Below are positions 1 to 9,441 of a DNA stretch of 64,000 nucleotides, in pieces. Source of the DNA: Candidatus Latescibacterota bacterium (GTDB taxonomy: Bacteria; Latescibacterota; UBA2968; GCA-2709665). The notes below the pieces were generated by a model. The model was given only the letters and a program-made list of their open reading frames with translations. It was not told where the DNA came from and searched no databases. Within the stretch, counting starts at the first letter, position 1, and each line of letters starts with the position of its first letter. A program made the position numbers and the translations under genes. Where the stretch lies: NCBI GenBank assembly GCA_965248435.1, contig OZ252100.1:1632001-1696000 (forward strand), given 5' to 3'.

Positions 1-921
1 AGCGCCCACCTCTCTGTCCATACCGGAATCTTCCCACTCGACCGAAAGCGGACCTCGATAACCGATCTCGTTCAGGGCACGGATCACTTCCTCGAAATCG
101 ATGCTGCCCCGACCCAGAGATCGGAAGTCCCACGAGCGATCCGGGTCCCCGAAGGACGTGTGCCCGCCGAACACCCCCGCGCGCGTCGGAACAGGTGAGG
201 AATACGCATCCTTCATGTGGACGTGATAGATTCGGCTCTTGAACTCTCGTATGAATCCGACGTAATCTACGTTTTGATAGACCAGGTGACTCGGATCATA
301 GTTGAATCCGAACTCTTTCCTATTTTTCAGGGCTTTCAGTGCCCGAGCGGCGGAACTGATGTCGAAGGCGATTTCGGTCGGGTGGACCTCCAGGGCGAAC
401 CGCACCCTGTTCTCTTTGAAAACATCCAGAATCGGGTTCCAGCGATCCGCGAACTCTTCGAACCCAGCGTCGATCGCCGAGGCGTCCGTGGGCGGAAACG
501 AGTAGAGCAGATGCCAGATCGAAGACCCGGTGAAGCCGTTGACCACCTTCACGCCCAGCGCCGCAGCCGCCTCGGCCGTCACGGTCATCTCTTTCGCAGC
601 CCTGCGGTTCACGCCATCCGGCTTTCCGTTCCCCCAGACGTGGGCGGGAACGATCGCTTCGTGGCGGGCGTCGATCCGGTCGCACACCGCCTGCCCCACG
701 AGGTGATTGCTGATCGACCACAACTGGAGCCCGTGAGATTCCAGAATCTCGTGGCGGCTTCTGCAATAACGGTCACTCGCGGCCGCCTTGCGAACATCCA
801 TATGGTCGCCCCAGCAGGCCAACTCCAGACCGTCGTAGCCCCACGCGCTCGCCTTCTCTGCGAGCAACTCGAGTGGGAGGTCGGCCCACTGTCCAGTGAA
901 CAGCGTGCAGGGTCTGGGCAT
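1..921 (-). CDS. Sugar phosphate isomerase/epimerase (xylose-isomerase-like TIM barrel, IolE-like); 3' end outside the window
   Basis: Not in the ORF track because it is open at the window edge. Hand translation from ATG at 921 gives [40 protein letters not shown]..., later IYHVHMKD and WDFRSLGRG; it follows the Gfo/Idh/MocA gene. Confidence 0.85.
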   Translation of the reverse strand, partial: MPRPCTLFTGQWADLPLELLAEKASAWGYDGLELACWGDHMDVRKAAASDRYCRSRHEILESHGLQLWSISNHLVGQAVCDRIDARHEAIVPAHVWGNGKPDGVNRRAAKEMTVTAEAAAALGVKVVNGFTGSSIWHLLYSFPPTDASAIDAGFEEFADRWNPILDVFKENRVRFALEVHPTEIAFDISSAARALKALKNRKEFGFNYDPSHLVYQNVDYVGFIREFKSRIYHVHMKDAYSSPVPTRAGVFGGHTSFGDPDRSWDFRSLGRGSIDFEEVIRALNEIGYRGPLSVEWEDSGMDREVGA

Positions 922-942
922 CTTTCCCTCCTTTGGACCGTT

Positions 943-2118
943 TCAGATTCTCGGAACCTTCACCCACTTCTTCGATTTCGCGGACAAACTCACCGCCTCC
1001 AACACCGCCTGCACCCGGGTCCCCTCTTCGAAGTCGGGCGAGGCCTTTCGGTTCGCGGCAATCGCCTCCAGGAAATCCTTGATCTCGTGGATGAACGTGT
1101 GTTCCCATCCGATGATGTGACCCGGGGGCCACCAAGCCGAAATGTAGGGATGCACACCCTCGTTCACGATAATCTCCCGGAACCCCTGGACGTGGCCCTC
1201 GTCTTCTCGAGAGAAATACTGGAGTTCATTCATCTTCTCTAGGTTGAAGGCGATGCTCCCTTTGCTGCCGTTGATCTCGAACCGGTTGTGATTCCGCCGT
1301 CCCGCCGCGAATCGCGTGCCCTCGAACGACCCGATCGCCCCGTTCTTGAATCGGGCGAGGAAGAGCGTCGCGTCATCCACGGTCACCTTCCCCTTTCGCC
1401 TCCCGCTACCGCTGCTGGCCCGGAGTGAAGCACCAACCGAATCAACGAGCGGACGCTCCTTGATAAACGTCGTCTCTGCTCCGACCACGGAGTCGATCTC
1501 CCCCACGAGATGGTAAGCCAGGTCGACGATATGTGCATTCAGGTCCCCGTGTGGGCCCGACCCTGCCTTAGACTTCTGGAGACGCCAGACCAACGGGAAG
1601 TCCGGGTCGAGGATCCAGTCCTGGAGGTAGACGGCCCGCCAGTGGTAGATCTGCCCGATCTTCCCTTCCCTGATCAGTTCCCTGGCTAGCGCGATCGCGG
1701 GTACCCTGCGATAATTGAAGGCCACCATCGTCTTCTTTCTGGAGCGCTTCGCGGCCTTCAGCATCTCCCTGGCCTCTTTCAGGTTGTTGGCCAGAGGTTT
1801 CTCGCAGATGAGGTGCTTTCCGGCATTCAGCGCGGCGATCGCCATCCGGACGTGCTCATTTCCGGGCGTGCAGATATCGACCACATCGATATCATCGCGC
1901 GCGACGACCCGGCGCCACGAAGTGTCGCATTCTTGCCAGCCGAACTCTGTCGCCGCCTGACGGACAGCCGCCTCGTCACGGCCGCAGATCACCTTCATCG
2001 CAGGTTCCGTCCCGGTATCGGGAAAGAACATCGAAACGTCGCGATAGGCATGGCTGTGGGCCTTCCCCATAAAAGAATACCCGATCAGTGCGATGTTCAG
2101 CCGTTTCGGTTTCGCCAT
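943..2118 (-). CDS. Gfo/Idh/MocA family oxidoreductase (levoglucosan dehydrogenase-like)
   Basis: IGYSFMGKAH Rossmann start, CEKPLA, FNYRR, YLQDW and GSGxxGDLNAH motifs. Confidence 0.9.
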   Translation of the reverse strand: MAKPKRLNIALIGYSFMGKAHSHAYRDVSMFFPDTGTEPAMKVICGRDEAAVRQAATEFGWQECDTSWRRVVARDDIDVVDICTPGNEHVRMAIAALNAGKHLICEKPLANNLKEAREMLKAAKRSRKKTMVAFNYRRVPAIALARELIREGKIGQIYHWRAVYLQDWILDPDFPLVWRLQKSKAGSGPHGDLNAHIVDLAYHLVGEIDSVVGAETTFIKERPLVDSVGASLRASSGSGRRKGKVTVDDATLFLARFKNGAIGSFEGTRFAAGRRNHNRFEINGSKGSIAFNLEKMNELQYFSREDEGHVQGFREIIVNEGVHPYISAWWPPGHIIGWEHTFIHEIKDFLEAIAANRKASPDFEEGTRVQAVLEAVSLSAKSKKWVKVPRI

Positions 2119-2157
2119 GCGCGTACCTTTAGCCTGTTTCTCAGACGATCGACTGAA

Positions 2158-3090
2158 TCAACCTTCAAACGCGCCCTGAATCCCGCGTCCCTTCTTGACG
2201 ACCTTCGTAGCCAGACGGATGGCAAACTCGACGGCCTCGCTCAATGCCTGATCCGAGCAAAGGCCGTGGAGCAACGCCGCGTTGAACGTGTCGCCCGCCC
2301 CTGTCGTGTTGGCCCCGTGCACCGGCTCCGTCGGAAGGCTAAGAACAGCTTCCCCCGCCCCTCCGAACGCCGCACCCTCTGCACCGCGTTTTACTACAAC
2401 ACGGTCGGGCCCCAGGTCCAGCAACCGCTCCACAAGCTCGCCCTCCTTTGCGTCGGACGCCCAGACGGAGAGTTCTGACTCGGTCCCGAGCAAGCAGTCC
2501 ACATCCTGCCACAACGCGTACATGTTCTCCGGGGTCACCATTCCGCCGAACCAGGGTCCAATGTCGAACGCGACCTCTGTCCCCCGCGCTCGGAATGCCT
2601 TGAAGCAGTCGCCCAGCCGCTCGATGTCCTCAGGAACCATCCCTCCGTGGCCCCCGACGAAAAACCATTTGCTGCTCGTCTGGTCCCGCGAGAACAAAAA
2701 GTCGACGCGTTCTCCCCTGAAATAAAAAGACCGCCGAAGCCCCTCGGCGTCCAGAAGAATCACGTTCACCGCCGTAGATGGGCTCGGTGGACTGATGACG
2801 TCGACGTTCGCCTCGTCGAGTCGAGATCGCAGAACGGATCCGAATGCATCGTTCCCGATCTGCGTGTTCAATGTCACACGACGGTTCAGCCTGCCGAGTG
2901 CAAGGGCCGTTCCACCCCCCTGTCCGCCTAGCACAGATTCAACGGGGCCGTCCAGAAAGTGCGTGTTGCCCGCACCAAAATCGTCTATCGCAGCGCCCAT
3001 TTCGGAAGGCACATCTCGAACCAGCAGGTCGAGCGCCGTGTTTCCTGCGATGTGAACATCAGGTGATTCTAAACCGTTCTCTTGACCCAT
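2158..3090 (-). CDS. PfkB/ribokinase family carbohydrate kinase
   Basis: GG..G.TA..L.RL, IGNDAFG, VVKRGAEG and NTTGAGDTFNAALL signature. Confidence 0.9.
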   Translation of the reverse strand: MGQENGLESPDVHIAGNTALDLLVRDVPSEMGAAIDDFGAGNTHFLDGPVESVLGGQGGGTALALGRLNRRVTLNTQIGNDAFGSVLRSRLDEANVDVISPPSPSTAVNVILLDAEGLRRSFYFRGERVDFLFSRDQTSSKWFFVGGHGGMVPEDIERLGDCFKAFRARGTEVAFDIGPWFGGMVTPENMYALWQDVDCLLGTESELSVWASDAKEGELVERLLDLGPDRVVVKRGAEGAAFGGAGEAVLSLPTEPVHGANTTGAGDTFNAALLHGLCSDQALSEAVEFAIRLATKVVKKGRGIQGAFEG

Positions 3091-3154
3091 CGCGATCTAC
3101 ACCGTTTCACCAGGACAGACCAGGCCTGCTGTTGACTTTCTCTGACGGGATATC

Positions 3155-4477
3155 CTATGCGATGGACTCGAGTCCCGACCGGATCGCATTCATGATTCGA
3201 TCCGCCTCTCTCTCGGTCAAGATCAGGGGCGGAGCCAGAAACAGCGTGCTCTCGGGTCCCGCCATCACGTGACTCATCTTTCCGACGATCACGCCCTCCT
3301 CGAGTATTCGAGCCTGCACCCGAGACGTGCGACCGGCATCCAGCATCTCCCCATCCTCACCCACCAGTTCTATGGCGAGCATCAGGCCCTTGCCTCTCAC
3401 CTCACCCACGAATCGAGACGCGAGGTTTTTAAGACCCTCCAGGAGATGGCGTCCGACGCGATCGGCATTTTCCCAAAGGCGTTCTTTCAGCAGAATCTCG
3501 ATGTTCGCGAGGGCGGCGGCACAGCACGCGGGGTGGCCGCCGTAGGTGCTGATCGATGAGTACTCGCGATCCTCCTCCGGTTCGCCCAGGAAGGCCTCGA
3601 AGACGCCCTTAGTAACGGCACACGCGCCTAAAGGCAGGTACCCGCTTGAAATTCCCTTCGCCATCGTCATCACATCGGGCACCACACCCCAATGCTCGGA
3701 GGCGAACAGCTTTCCTGTTCGGCCAAATCCGGTAATCACCTCATCCAGGATGAGCAGCAGTCCGTACCTGTTGCAGATGTCTCGCAGGCCGGGGATATAG
3801 TCGTCCGGGGGAACGAGCACCCCACCTCCTCCGATGATCGGCTCCGCGATCACGGCAACGACCGTTTCAGGACCTTCGCGTTGAATGGCCTTTTCGATCG
3901 CCCCCAGACCGTCCACGCCGGGCAGCGGCGGCTCCACGTGGACAAACCCCGGCGCCAGCGGCTCGAATTTCTCCCTGCGCTTCACCTGGCCCGTCGCCGA
4001 CATGGCGCCATAAGTGAACCCGTGATACCCCTGGTAGCGCGCGATGATCTTGTGGCGGTTTTCTCCGGGAAACTTCTGAAGACCGTACTGCCTCGCAACC
4101 TTGATCGCGGTTTCGTTCGCCTCCGATCCGCTGTTGCTGAAGAAGACGTGGTCGAGATCGCCTGGCAGGATCTCGCCTAAAAGCGCTGCCAGCCTTGCCG
4201 CCGGTACGTTGATCTGTGTTTGAGGATAGTAGGCCAGCTGCTTCATCTGCTCGTAGACCGCTTCGACGATCTCTTCCCTCCCGTATCCCACGTTCACATT
4301 CCAGATTCCCGCCATGGCGTCGATATAGTGCACCCCCTCGGAATCCACGACTTCAGTCCCTCTCGAATCCTGAAACACCAGGAGGTCTTTCTTGTCAAGA
4401 GACCGATGTTGAAGCATGGGGTGCCATACGTGTGCGCGGTCTTGTTTTCGAATCTCTTCCAGGTTGATTTCAGACAT
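3155..4477 (-). CDS. Class III PLP-dependent aminotransferase
   Basis: SGSEANE, YHGFT, EPIIGGGG, DEVITGFGRTG and MAKGISSGYLP (PLP lysine). Confidence 0.93.
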   Translation of the reverse strand: MSEINLEEIRKQDRAHVWHPMLQHRSLDKKDLLVFQDSRGTEVVDSEGVHYIDAMAGIWNVNVGYGREEIVEAVYEQMKQLAYYPQTQINVPAARLAALLGEILPGDLDHVFFSNSGSEANETAIKVARQYGLQKFPGENRHKIIARYQGYHGFTYGAMSATGQVKRREKFEPLAPGFVHVEPPLPGVDGLGAIEKAIQREGPETVVAVIAEPIIGGGGVLVPPDDYIPGLRDICNRYGLLLILDEVITGFGRTGKLFASEHWGVVPDVMTMAKGISSGYLPLGACAVTKGVFEAFLGEPEEDREYSSISTYGGHPACCAAALANIEILLKERLWENADRVGRHLLEGLKNLASRFVGEVRGKGLMLAIELVGEDGEMLDAGRTSRVQARILEEGVIVGKMSHVMAGPESTLFLAPPLILTEREADRIMNAIRSGLESIA

Positions 4478-4554
4478 CTCGACCTCCGGGCATCTCGAGT
4501 TGCGTTCGACTTGACTTTTCAGTGGGGCAGTGCGAACTTTCAGATTCGCGGCGC

Positions 4555-4583
4555 ATCATAGCGCATTCAAATTCCAAAGTCAA
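4555..4583 (-). promoter_or_regulatory. sigma70-type promoter for the aminotransferase-PfkB-oxidoreductase operon
   Basis: Minus strand TTGACT-N17-TATGAT. Confidence 0.6.
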
Positions 4584-4600
4584 GGGTTAGTGCTTCAAAT

Positions 4601-6091
4601 ATGCCTGTAGAAACAAAATCATTGCAGACCTCGGACCGCCCGGACGGATCAAGACCGCTCGCGGCGTTCCCCTCTTCACAGCCGAGGCAAACCGAATCGG
4701 ACCGCCCAAACATCCTGCTCATCATGTCAGATGAGCACGCGCCGATGTTCAGCGGGCCTTATGGACATCCTCTCGTTCAAACCCCGAACATGGACCGGCT
4801 GGCCCGCGAAGGCGTCACCTTCGAAAACGCCTACTGCAATTCACCCCTCTGCATGCCCTCGCGGATGTCGTTTATGACGGGGCGCTACATCAGCAACATC
4901 GCGACCTGGGATAACAGCACACCGCTCGCCTCGGACGTCGTGACCTGGGCCCACATCCTGGGCGCCGAGGGATACGACGCGGTCCTCTCAGGGAAGCAGC
5001 ACTTCTGCGGCCCGGACCGGCTCCACGGATTCAGGGCCCAGCTTGCCAGGGACCTCCACGCCGAATGGTCTCACGCCGTCTTCGACTGGGACGAGGGCAC
5101 GCCTCGGGCGAACGAACCGTGGCTGGGTCTCGACGAAGCCGGTCCAGGCACGACCGAAGAGATCGAGGTCGACGATCTAGCTGAGGTTCAAGCGATCGAC
5201 TACTTGAAGGATCCGTCACGTCAGGACCAGCCCTGGATCCTGAATGTCTCTTTCATCGCACCGCACTTTCCGCTCGTTGTACCCGAGCGCTTCTTCAATC
5301 TCTACCCCACCGATCGCATCGATCTTCCGGAGATCCCTCCGGGACACCTCGAGAACCAGCACGCGGTCTACAAACGCATGCGCAGCATGTTCGGACTCAT
5401 CGATTTCCCTGAAGCCCACGTGCGCAGGGGTCGCGCCGGCTACTATGGCCTCATCACCTATCTCGACGAAAAGATCGGCCGGTTCCTCAGCGTCCTGGAG
5501 GAGACCGACCAGATCGACAATACGGTCGTCATCTACACGAGTGACCACGGCGAAATGAACGGTGAGCACGGGATGTGGCGTAAATCCAATTTCTATGAGG
5601 CCTCTGCTCGCGTGCCGCTTCAGGTTGTCTGGCCGGGACACCTGCCGGGCAATCGCCGCATCACCGGGGTCGTCTCTCTTGTCGATCTCGTGGCCACGCT
5701 CGTCGACATCGCGGGCGCCTCCTCTGGTGTGCCTTTGGACGGAGACAGCCTCCTGCCCCTCATGCTCGGCAAGGCGAGCGATTGGAAGGATACGGCCTTC
5801 TCGGAATACTTCGCACACGGCGTCGACAGGCCGATGGCCATGCTCCGAAGGGGCCGATACAAGCTCAATTACAGCCTGGGCGATCCCCCTGAACTCTACG
5901 ACCTCGCCGAAGACCCCAACGAATTTCGCGACCTCGCCCGGGACCCGAAATTTGAATCCCTGGTTGAACAGATGCAGTCGGAGCTCCTGTCCGACTGGGA
6001 CCCGGTCGAGCTCGACCGGCAGGTGCGGCAAAGTCAGAAGGATCGGCGCCTGCTCGATCAGGCGACTCAAGGCGCCTGGCGATTCCCGTAA
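4601..6091 (+). CDS. Formylglycine-dependent sulfatase (choline-sulfatase-like)
   Basis: RPNILLIMSDEH, CMPSR (CxPxR), GKQH, SDHGEM, KSNFYE and ELYDL..DP.E. Confidence 0.92.
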   Translation: MPVETKSLQTSDRPDGSRPLAAFPSSQPRQTESDRPNILLIMSDEHAPMFSGPYGHPLVQTPNMDRLAREGVTFENAYCNSPLCMPSRMSFMTGRYISNIATWDNSTPLASDVVTWAHILGAEGYDAVLSGKQHFCGPDRLHGFRAQLARDLHAEWSHAVFDWDEGTPRANEPWLGLDEAGPGTTEEIEVDDLAEVQAIDYLKDPSRQDQPWILNVSFIAPHFPLVVPERFFNLYPTDRIDLPEIPPGHLENQHAVYKRMRSMFGLIDFPEAHVRRGRAGYYGLITYLDEKIGRFLSVLEETDQIDNTVVIYTSDHGEMNGEHGMWRKSNFYEASARVPLQVVWPGHLPGNRRITGVVSLVDLVATLVDIAGASSGVPLDGDSLLPLMLGKASDWKDTAFSEYFAHGVDRPMAMLRRGRYKLNYSLGDPPELYDLAEDPNEFRDLARDPKFESLVEQMQSELLSDWDPVELDRQVRQSQKDRRLLDQATQGAWRFP

Positions 6092-6120
6092 AAAAAAACG
6101 GCCCTTCTCGGGCCGTCGCT
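6090..6120. terminator. Intrinsic terminator between the convergent sulfatase and radical SAM genes
   Basis: ACGGCCC-ttctc-GGGCCGT stem preceded by an A-tract (U-tract on the minus strand). Confidence 0.65.
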
Positions 6121-6148
6121 TTCTTCTTCCACGCAAAAAAACTCCGAT

Positions 6149-6913
6149 TCACTTCATCAATCCCACCTCACGGAATCGGTCCTCCAGTTCCCGCATCAGC
6201 GCCTCGTATGTCTGGCTTCTGACGAACTGGGCGGCCCGGCCCACCTCCTTGAATCTTGTCTGATCCACCCACCCCATCCTACCGACCCAGGCAAACTCTG
6301 CGACCTCGGAGAGCAGCGCAGCGAACCGTTCCGGGCAGCAATAGACCACCGGCGCAACCGAGGCCCACACCTTGATGCCAGCCTGCCGCAGCCTCCTCAT
6401 CGTCTTCAGCCGCAAACCGATCGTCGGGGCGTTGGGTTCCAGACGCTGTCGCACCCGGTCGTCGTCCGTGGGCACTGAAAACCCGACCTCGACTCTTTTA
6501 CCGAACGACTTCAGCAGATCCAGATCTTCCAGAATGAGTTGACTACGTGTATGCACCGTCAGACGCGCGAGGTTGCATTCCAGGAGGACCTTGAGACAGT
6601 CCCGTGTCAGCCGATACTTTCGCTCGACGTACTGGTATGGGTCTGTGGCCGATGACATAAAGACCCGTTTGCCCCAGACCTTCGCACGCGCCTTACCAAG
6701 GAGGAAGGCGGCGTTCACCTTGGGCCTCACCCATTCACCCCAGGCGGACGGATGCGCCTCCGCGAACGGATAACTCATCACATAGCAGTAGGCGCAGCCC
6801 ATGCCGCACCCCTGGTAAGGATTGAGTGAGAAGTCATAGCTCGGGTAAAGCGTAGAAACCTCGTCCTGCGGGGTAAGAATTGAGCGCGCGGCGGCTTCCT
6901 CGACTTGAAGCAA
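6149..6913 (-). CDS. SplB-like (spore photoproduct lyase-related) radical SAM protein
   Basis: LNPYQGCGMGCAYCY (CxxxCxxC), SSATDPYQ..E, LEPNAP...RL. Confidence 0.85.
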   Translation of the reverse strand: MLQVEEAAARSILTPQDEVSTLYPSYDFSLNPYQGCGMGCAYCYVMSYPFAEAHPSAWGEWVRPKVNAAFLLGKARAKVWGKRVFMSSATDPYQYVERKYRLTRDCLKVLLECNLARLTVHTRSQLILEDLDLLKSFGKRVEVGFSVPTDDDRVRQRLEPNAPTIGLRLKTMRRLRQAGIKVWASVAPVVYCCPERFAALLSEVAEFAWVGRMGWVDQTRFKEVGRAAQFVRSQTYEALMRELEDRFREVGLMK

Positions 6914-6970
6914 CGTCTTTCCACCCTTCTTCTTCGAGCACGGTTTGACAAACCCGAAAACGGGTGTAAA

Positions 6971-6999
6971 ATTATACTGAACATCTGTTCACCTGTCAA
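6971..6999 (-). promoter_or_regulatory. Consensus sigma70 promoter with a LexA-type (Cheo box) operator in the spacer
   Basis: Minus strand TTGACA-ggtGAACagatGTTCag-TATAAT (17-nt spacer); palindrome TGAAC-N4-GTTCA at 6978-6991. Confidence 0.8.
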
Positions 7000-9103
7000 G
7001 GCCCAATGAGCTGAGCCTCCGCTTCGCTGCCCTTCCGAACTCCTTGTTTCCCGTCCATCGCTCCAGGAAGGCCTCGAAAGCCTCTCCCGCCGCCTCGCGA
7101 TTCCCGAGCTGTTGTTCGATCGAGCCGACCTTGTAGAGGGAAAAGGCCCCCATTTCGTCCGTGGATTCCGAAGCCAGAGCATAGGCCTCTATGGCTTCGT
7201 TCAGGCCGCCCGCCTTTTCGAGCGTCACGCCAAGGTTGTAGGCCACCTGGTAAGCATCCGGCCGCACCTTCAGGTGACGGCGGTAGACCGCGATGGCCTC
7301 GGCCCGATACCCGTTCTCCGAGTAAAGTGAGCCCAGATTTACGGCTGCGTCAGTATAACCCGGGTCCGCATCAAGCACCTTGAGATAGGCCTCCATCGCC
7401 TCCTGGTTTCGACCGAGCTCCTGACTGGCAAGGGCAAAATTGTATCGCGCCAAGAGGTGGTCTGGATCCAGTCTGAGGGCCCTCTCGAAAACGTCTACAG
7501 CTTCCTCAAACCGCTTCAAACGACCGAGCTGAGTACCGGTGTTGACCCAGGAAGCAACGTGAAGGGAATCGGTGAACAGCGCCTGCGTGTAGGCCGTGAG
7601 CGCCTGCTTTGCCTCACCGCGTTTCTGATGGATTACGCCGATATTATAATGGACTTCCGTATAGTAGGGGTGAATCAGGAGTGCTTCCTGGTACTCTCGA
7701 TAGGCCCCGTTCAGATCGCCACGCATTCTGAGTGCGCCGCCGAGGTTGAAATGAACCTTCGCGCTGCGCGGGGCGGTCGCCACGGCACTCGCGAAAAGCG
7801 AATGGTTGTCCTTCCAGTCCGCGTTTCTTAGCATCGTTCTCGCACCGTAGCCTAACAACAGCAAGGCCGCGAGGCCTGCAGCAGCCCAATCCGATCGGGT
7901 GCGGGTCAGCACCCGAAACCCTGTCCCGATCCAGAGCGCAAACCCGAGGCAAGGAAGGTAGAGCAGTCGCTCACCCATAATCGTACCGATCGAGAAGAAC
8001 AGGTTGGATACGGGCAGCAGGGTGACGACTGGGATCAGGGCGCCCAATCCCCACCCGGAGTCTATCCTGCTGCGAAGCCCCTGGACCGCAGCCCACGCTA
8101 CGCCGACAACCACAGCCACACCGAACCAGAATCTGAAGTCGAACGCCGTCCCCACTACGGGGATCTGGTCGTAGGAATAGTCTGCGGAAAGGCTAAGGGG
8201 GAGCAGCAGCTTAACGAAGTAAGTCCCCAGAACGGCGATGGCCGTCGACACGCGCTCCAGGGTCGATGCGTACGCGAGAGGATTATCCAGGAAGAGCGGC
8301 CGCTTTGGGAGTAGGACGGATCCCACGACGGCACTTCGCCACACAAGAAAGAGGAGGAGAATCGCGACGTAGGGCCCGTACCGCCTCAGACTTTCGCGGT
8401 CGATCCAACGGCCATTGCCGCGACCGAACAAACAGTCGTATCCGGCCAGGAGACCGACGAGGACCGCGGCTTGCTCTTTGCAGAGACACGCTGCCAGACT
8501 TGCGACGACCGACGCTGCGAGGAGCGAACGTCTTTTCATCTCTATCGCGCTGATGTAGAGCAGCCAGGCGAGCACGAGCCAGAACCCGCAGAGAAGCTCC
8601 GAGCGCCCGACGATTCCGTTGACCGCTTCTGTCTGAACGGGGTGGAGGACGAACACGAGCGCGCTGAGCCCTGCCGAAGCGACATCCCCCAAAACGCGCC
8701 ACGCGATCCAGAACACAAGCATTCCGTTCAGGAGATGCAAGACGACGTTGAACAGGTGGTATCCAAAGGGATCCAACCCGTGGATCTGGTAGTTCAGTGC
8801 AAAAGTTAGAGTCGTGATCGGCCTGAAGAGCCCGAGTTCCGCTCGCCCGGGCCAGTATGGCTCCGAGAAGATTCGACCTAGATCGATCGCCTTCACGGTC
8901 GGATTTTCGACGACGATCGCCTCGTCATCGAACGTAAACCCGTTCTGCAGGCTGTTCGAGAACGCGACCGTGCCGAAGACTACGACAAGCAACGGAAAGA
9001 AGAGATCGGGTCTTCTCGTTTGTCTAATCCAACCCAACATCGGCGATTCGAGCTCCCGGTTAAGAATAGGCGAGAACTTCGACAATGAACCAGGCAGATC
9101 CAT
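6989..9103 (-). CDS. TMTC-like GT-C membrane glycosyltransferase (DUF1736) with C-terminal TPR repeats
   Basis: FTFDD, FRPITTLTF, HPVQTEAVNGIVGRSELL, LSADY, ERLLYLP and RNADWKD motifs; many TM segments followed by TPRs. Confidence 0.88.
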   Translation of the reverse strand: MDLPGSLSKFSPILNRELESPMLGWIRQTRRPDLFFPLLVVVFGTVAFSNSLQNGFTFDDEAIVVENPTVKAIDLGRIFSEPYWPGRAELGLFRPITTLTFALNYQIHGLDPFGYHLFNVVLHLLNGMLVFWIAWRVLGDVASAGLSALVFVLHPVQTEAVNGIVGRSELLCGFWLVLAWLLYISAIEMKRRSLLAASVVASLAACLCKEQAAVLVGLLAGYDCLFGRGNGRWIDRESLRRYGPYVAILLLFLVWRSAVVGSVLLPKRPLFLDNPLAYASTLERVSTAIAVLGTYFVKLLLPLSLSADYSYDQIPVVGTAFDFRFWFGVAVVVGVAWAAVQGLRSRIDSGWGLGALIPVVTLLPVSNLFFSIGTIMGERLLYLPCLGFALWIGTGFRVLTRTRSDWAAAGLAALLLLGYGARTMLRNADWKDNHSLFASAVATAPRSAKVHFNLGGALRMRGDLNGAYREYQEALLIHPYYTEVHYNIGVIHQKRGEAKQALTAYTQALFTDSLHVASWVNTGTQLGRLKRFEEAVDVFERALRLDPDHLLARYNFALASQELGRNQEAMEAYLKVLDADPGYTDAAVNLGSLYSENGYRAEAIAVYRRHLKVRPDAYQVAYNLGVTLEKAGGLNEAIEAYALASESTDEMGAFSLYKVGSIEQQLGNREAAGEAFEAFLERWTGNKEFGRAAKRRLSSLGLDR

Positions 9104-9130
9104 ACCCGTTGAAGCGCCATCGATCTCAAT

Positions 9131-9159
9131 ACTATAGGTCTGTGTTACAACCTTGTCAA
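9131..9159 (-). promoter_or_regulatory. sigma70-type promoter of the TMTC-like gene
   Basis: Minus strand TTGACA-N17-TATAGT. Confidence 0.7.
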
Positions 9160-9233
9160 CGTGACAACCCCCGTTGCGCGTTTCGCCTGGGAGTGTCTCG
9201 GTTCATATCGAACAATGAAACACCGGACGCATT

Positions 9234-9272
9234 CAAGAGAAAGGGCCGGCAGCTTTGAGCTGCCGGCCCTTT
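9234..9272 (-). terminator. Intrinsic terminator
   Basis: Perfect 13-bp stem AAGGGCCGGCAGC/GCTGCCGGCCCTT, running into UUUCUCUU on the minus strand. Confidence 0.75.
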
Positions 9273-9441
9273 GCACTTGTATGTTCGGCTCCAGACCGGT
9301 CGAGTCTGGCCAGCTCGCCTCCCTGCTTTGCCAGGACCTCCCTGTGTGACATACAAGCGGCATAGACAGACCCGGCAGTCAGACCCCATGCTGACCGCCG
9401 GGACTCATTTCAGGATAGATCGGAGGTTGAAGAATCCCTTA
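9234..9441 (-). ncRNA. Candidate structured small RNA, family not recognised
   Basis: Three stacked structures: a hairpin at 9371-9402 with a G-U pair only on the minus strand; a multi-branch element closed by CTTGTATGT/ACATACAAG; and a terminator. Upstream is a sigma28-like promoter, TCAA-N16-GTCGATAA. Confidence 0.4.

Noticed and set aside
217-1242. 341-aa plus-strand ORF
   Set aside because: Antisense shadow of the minus-strand isomerase and oxidoreductase genes; no recognisable motifs.
9273-9360. Resemblance to c-di-GMP-I riboswitch, SRP RNA or hammerhead ribozyme
   Set aside because: Lacks the GGCAAA/GAAA/GACGCAAA, AGGUCCGGAAGGAAGCAG and CUGANGA/GAAA cores respectively.
9145-9389. Short ORFs across the coaX-TMTC intergenic region, including a 39-codon minus-strand ORF
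   Set aside because: No convincing RBS, and they run through strong hairpins and a terminator; an RNA explanation fits better.
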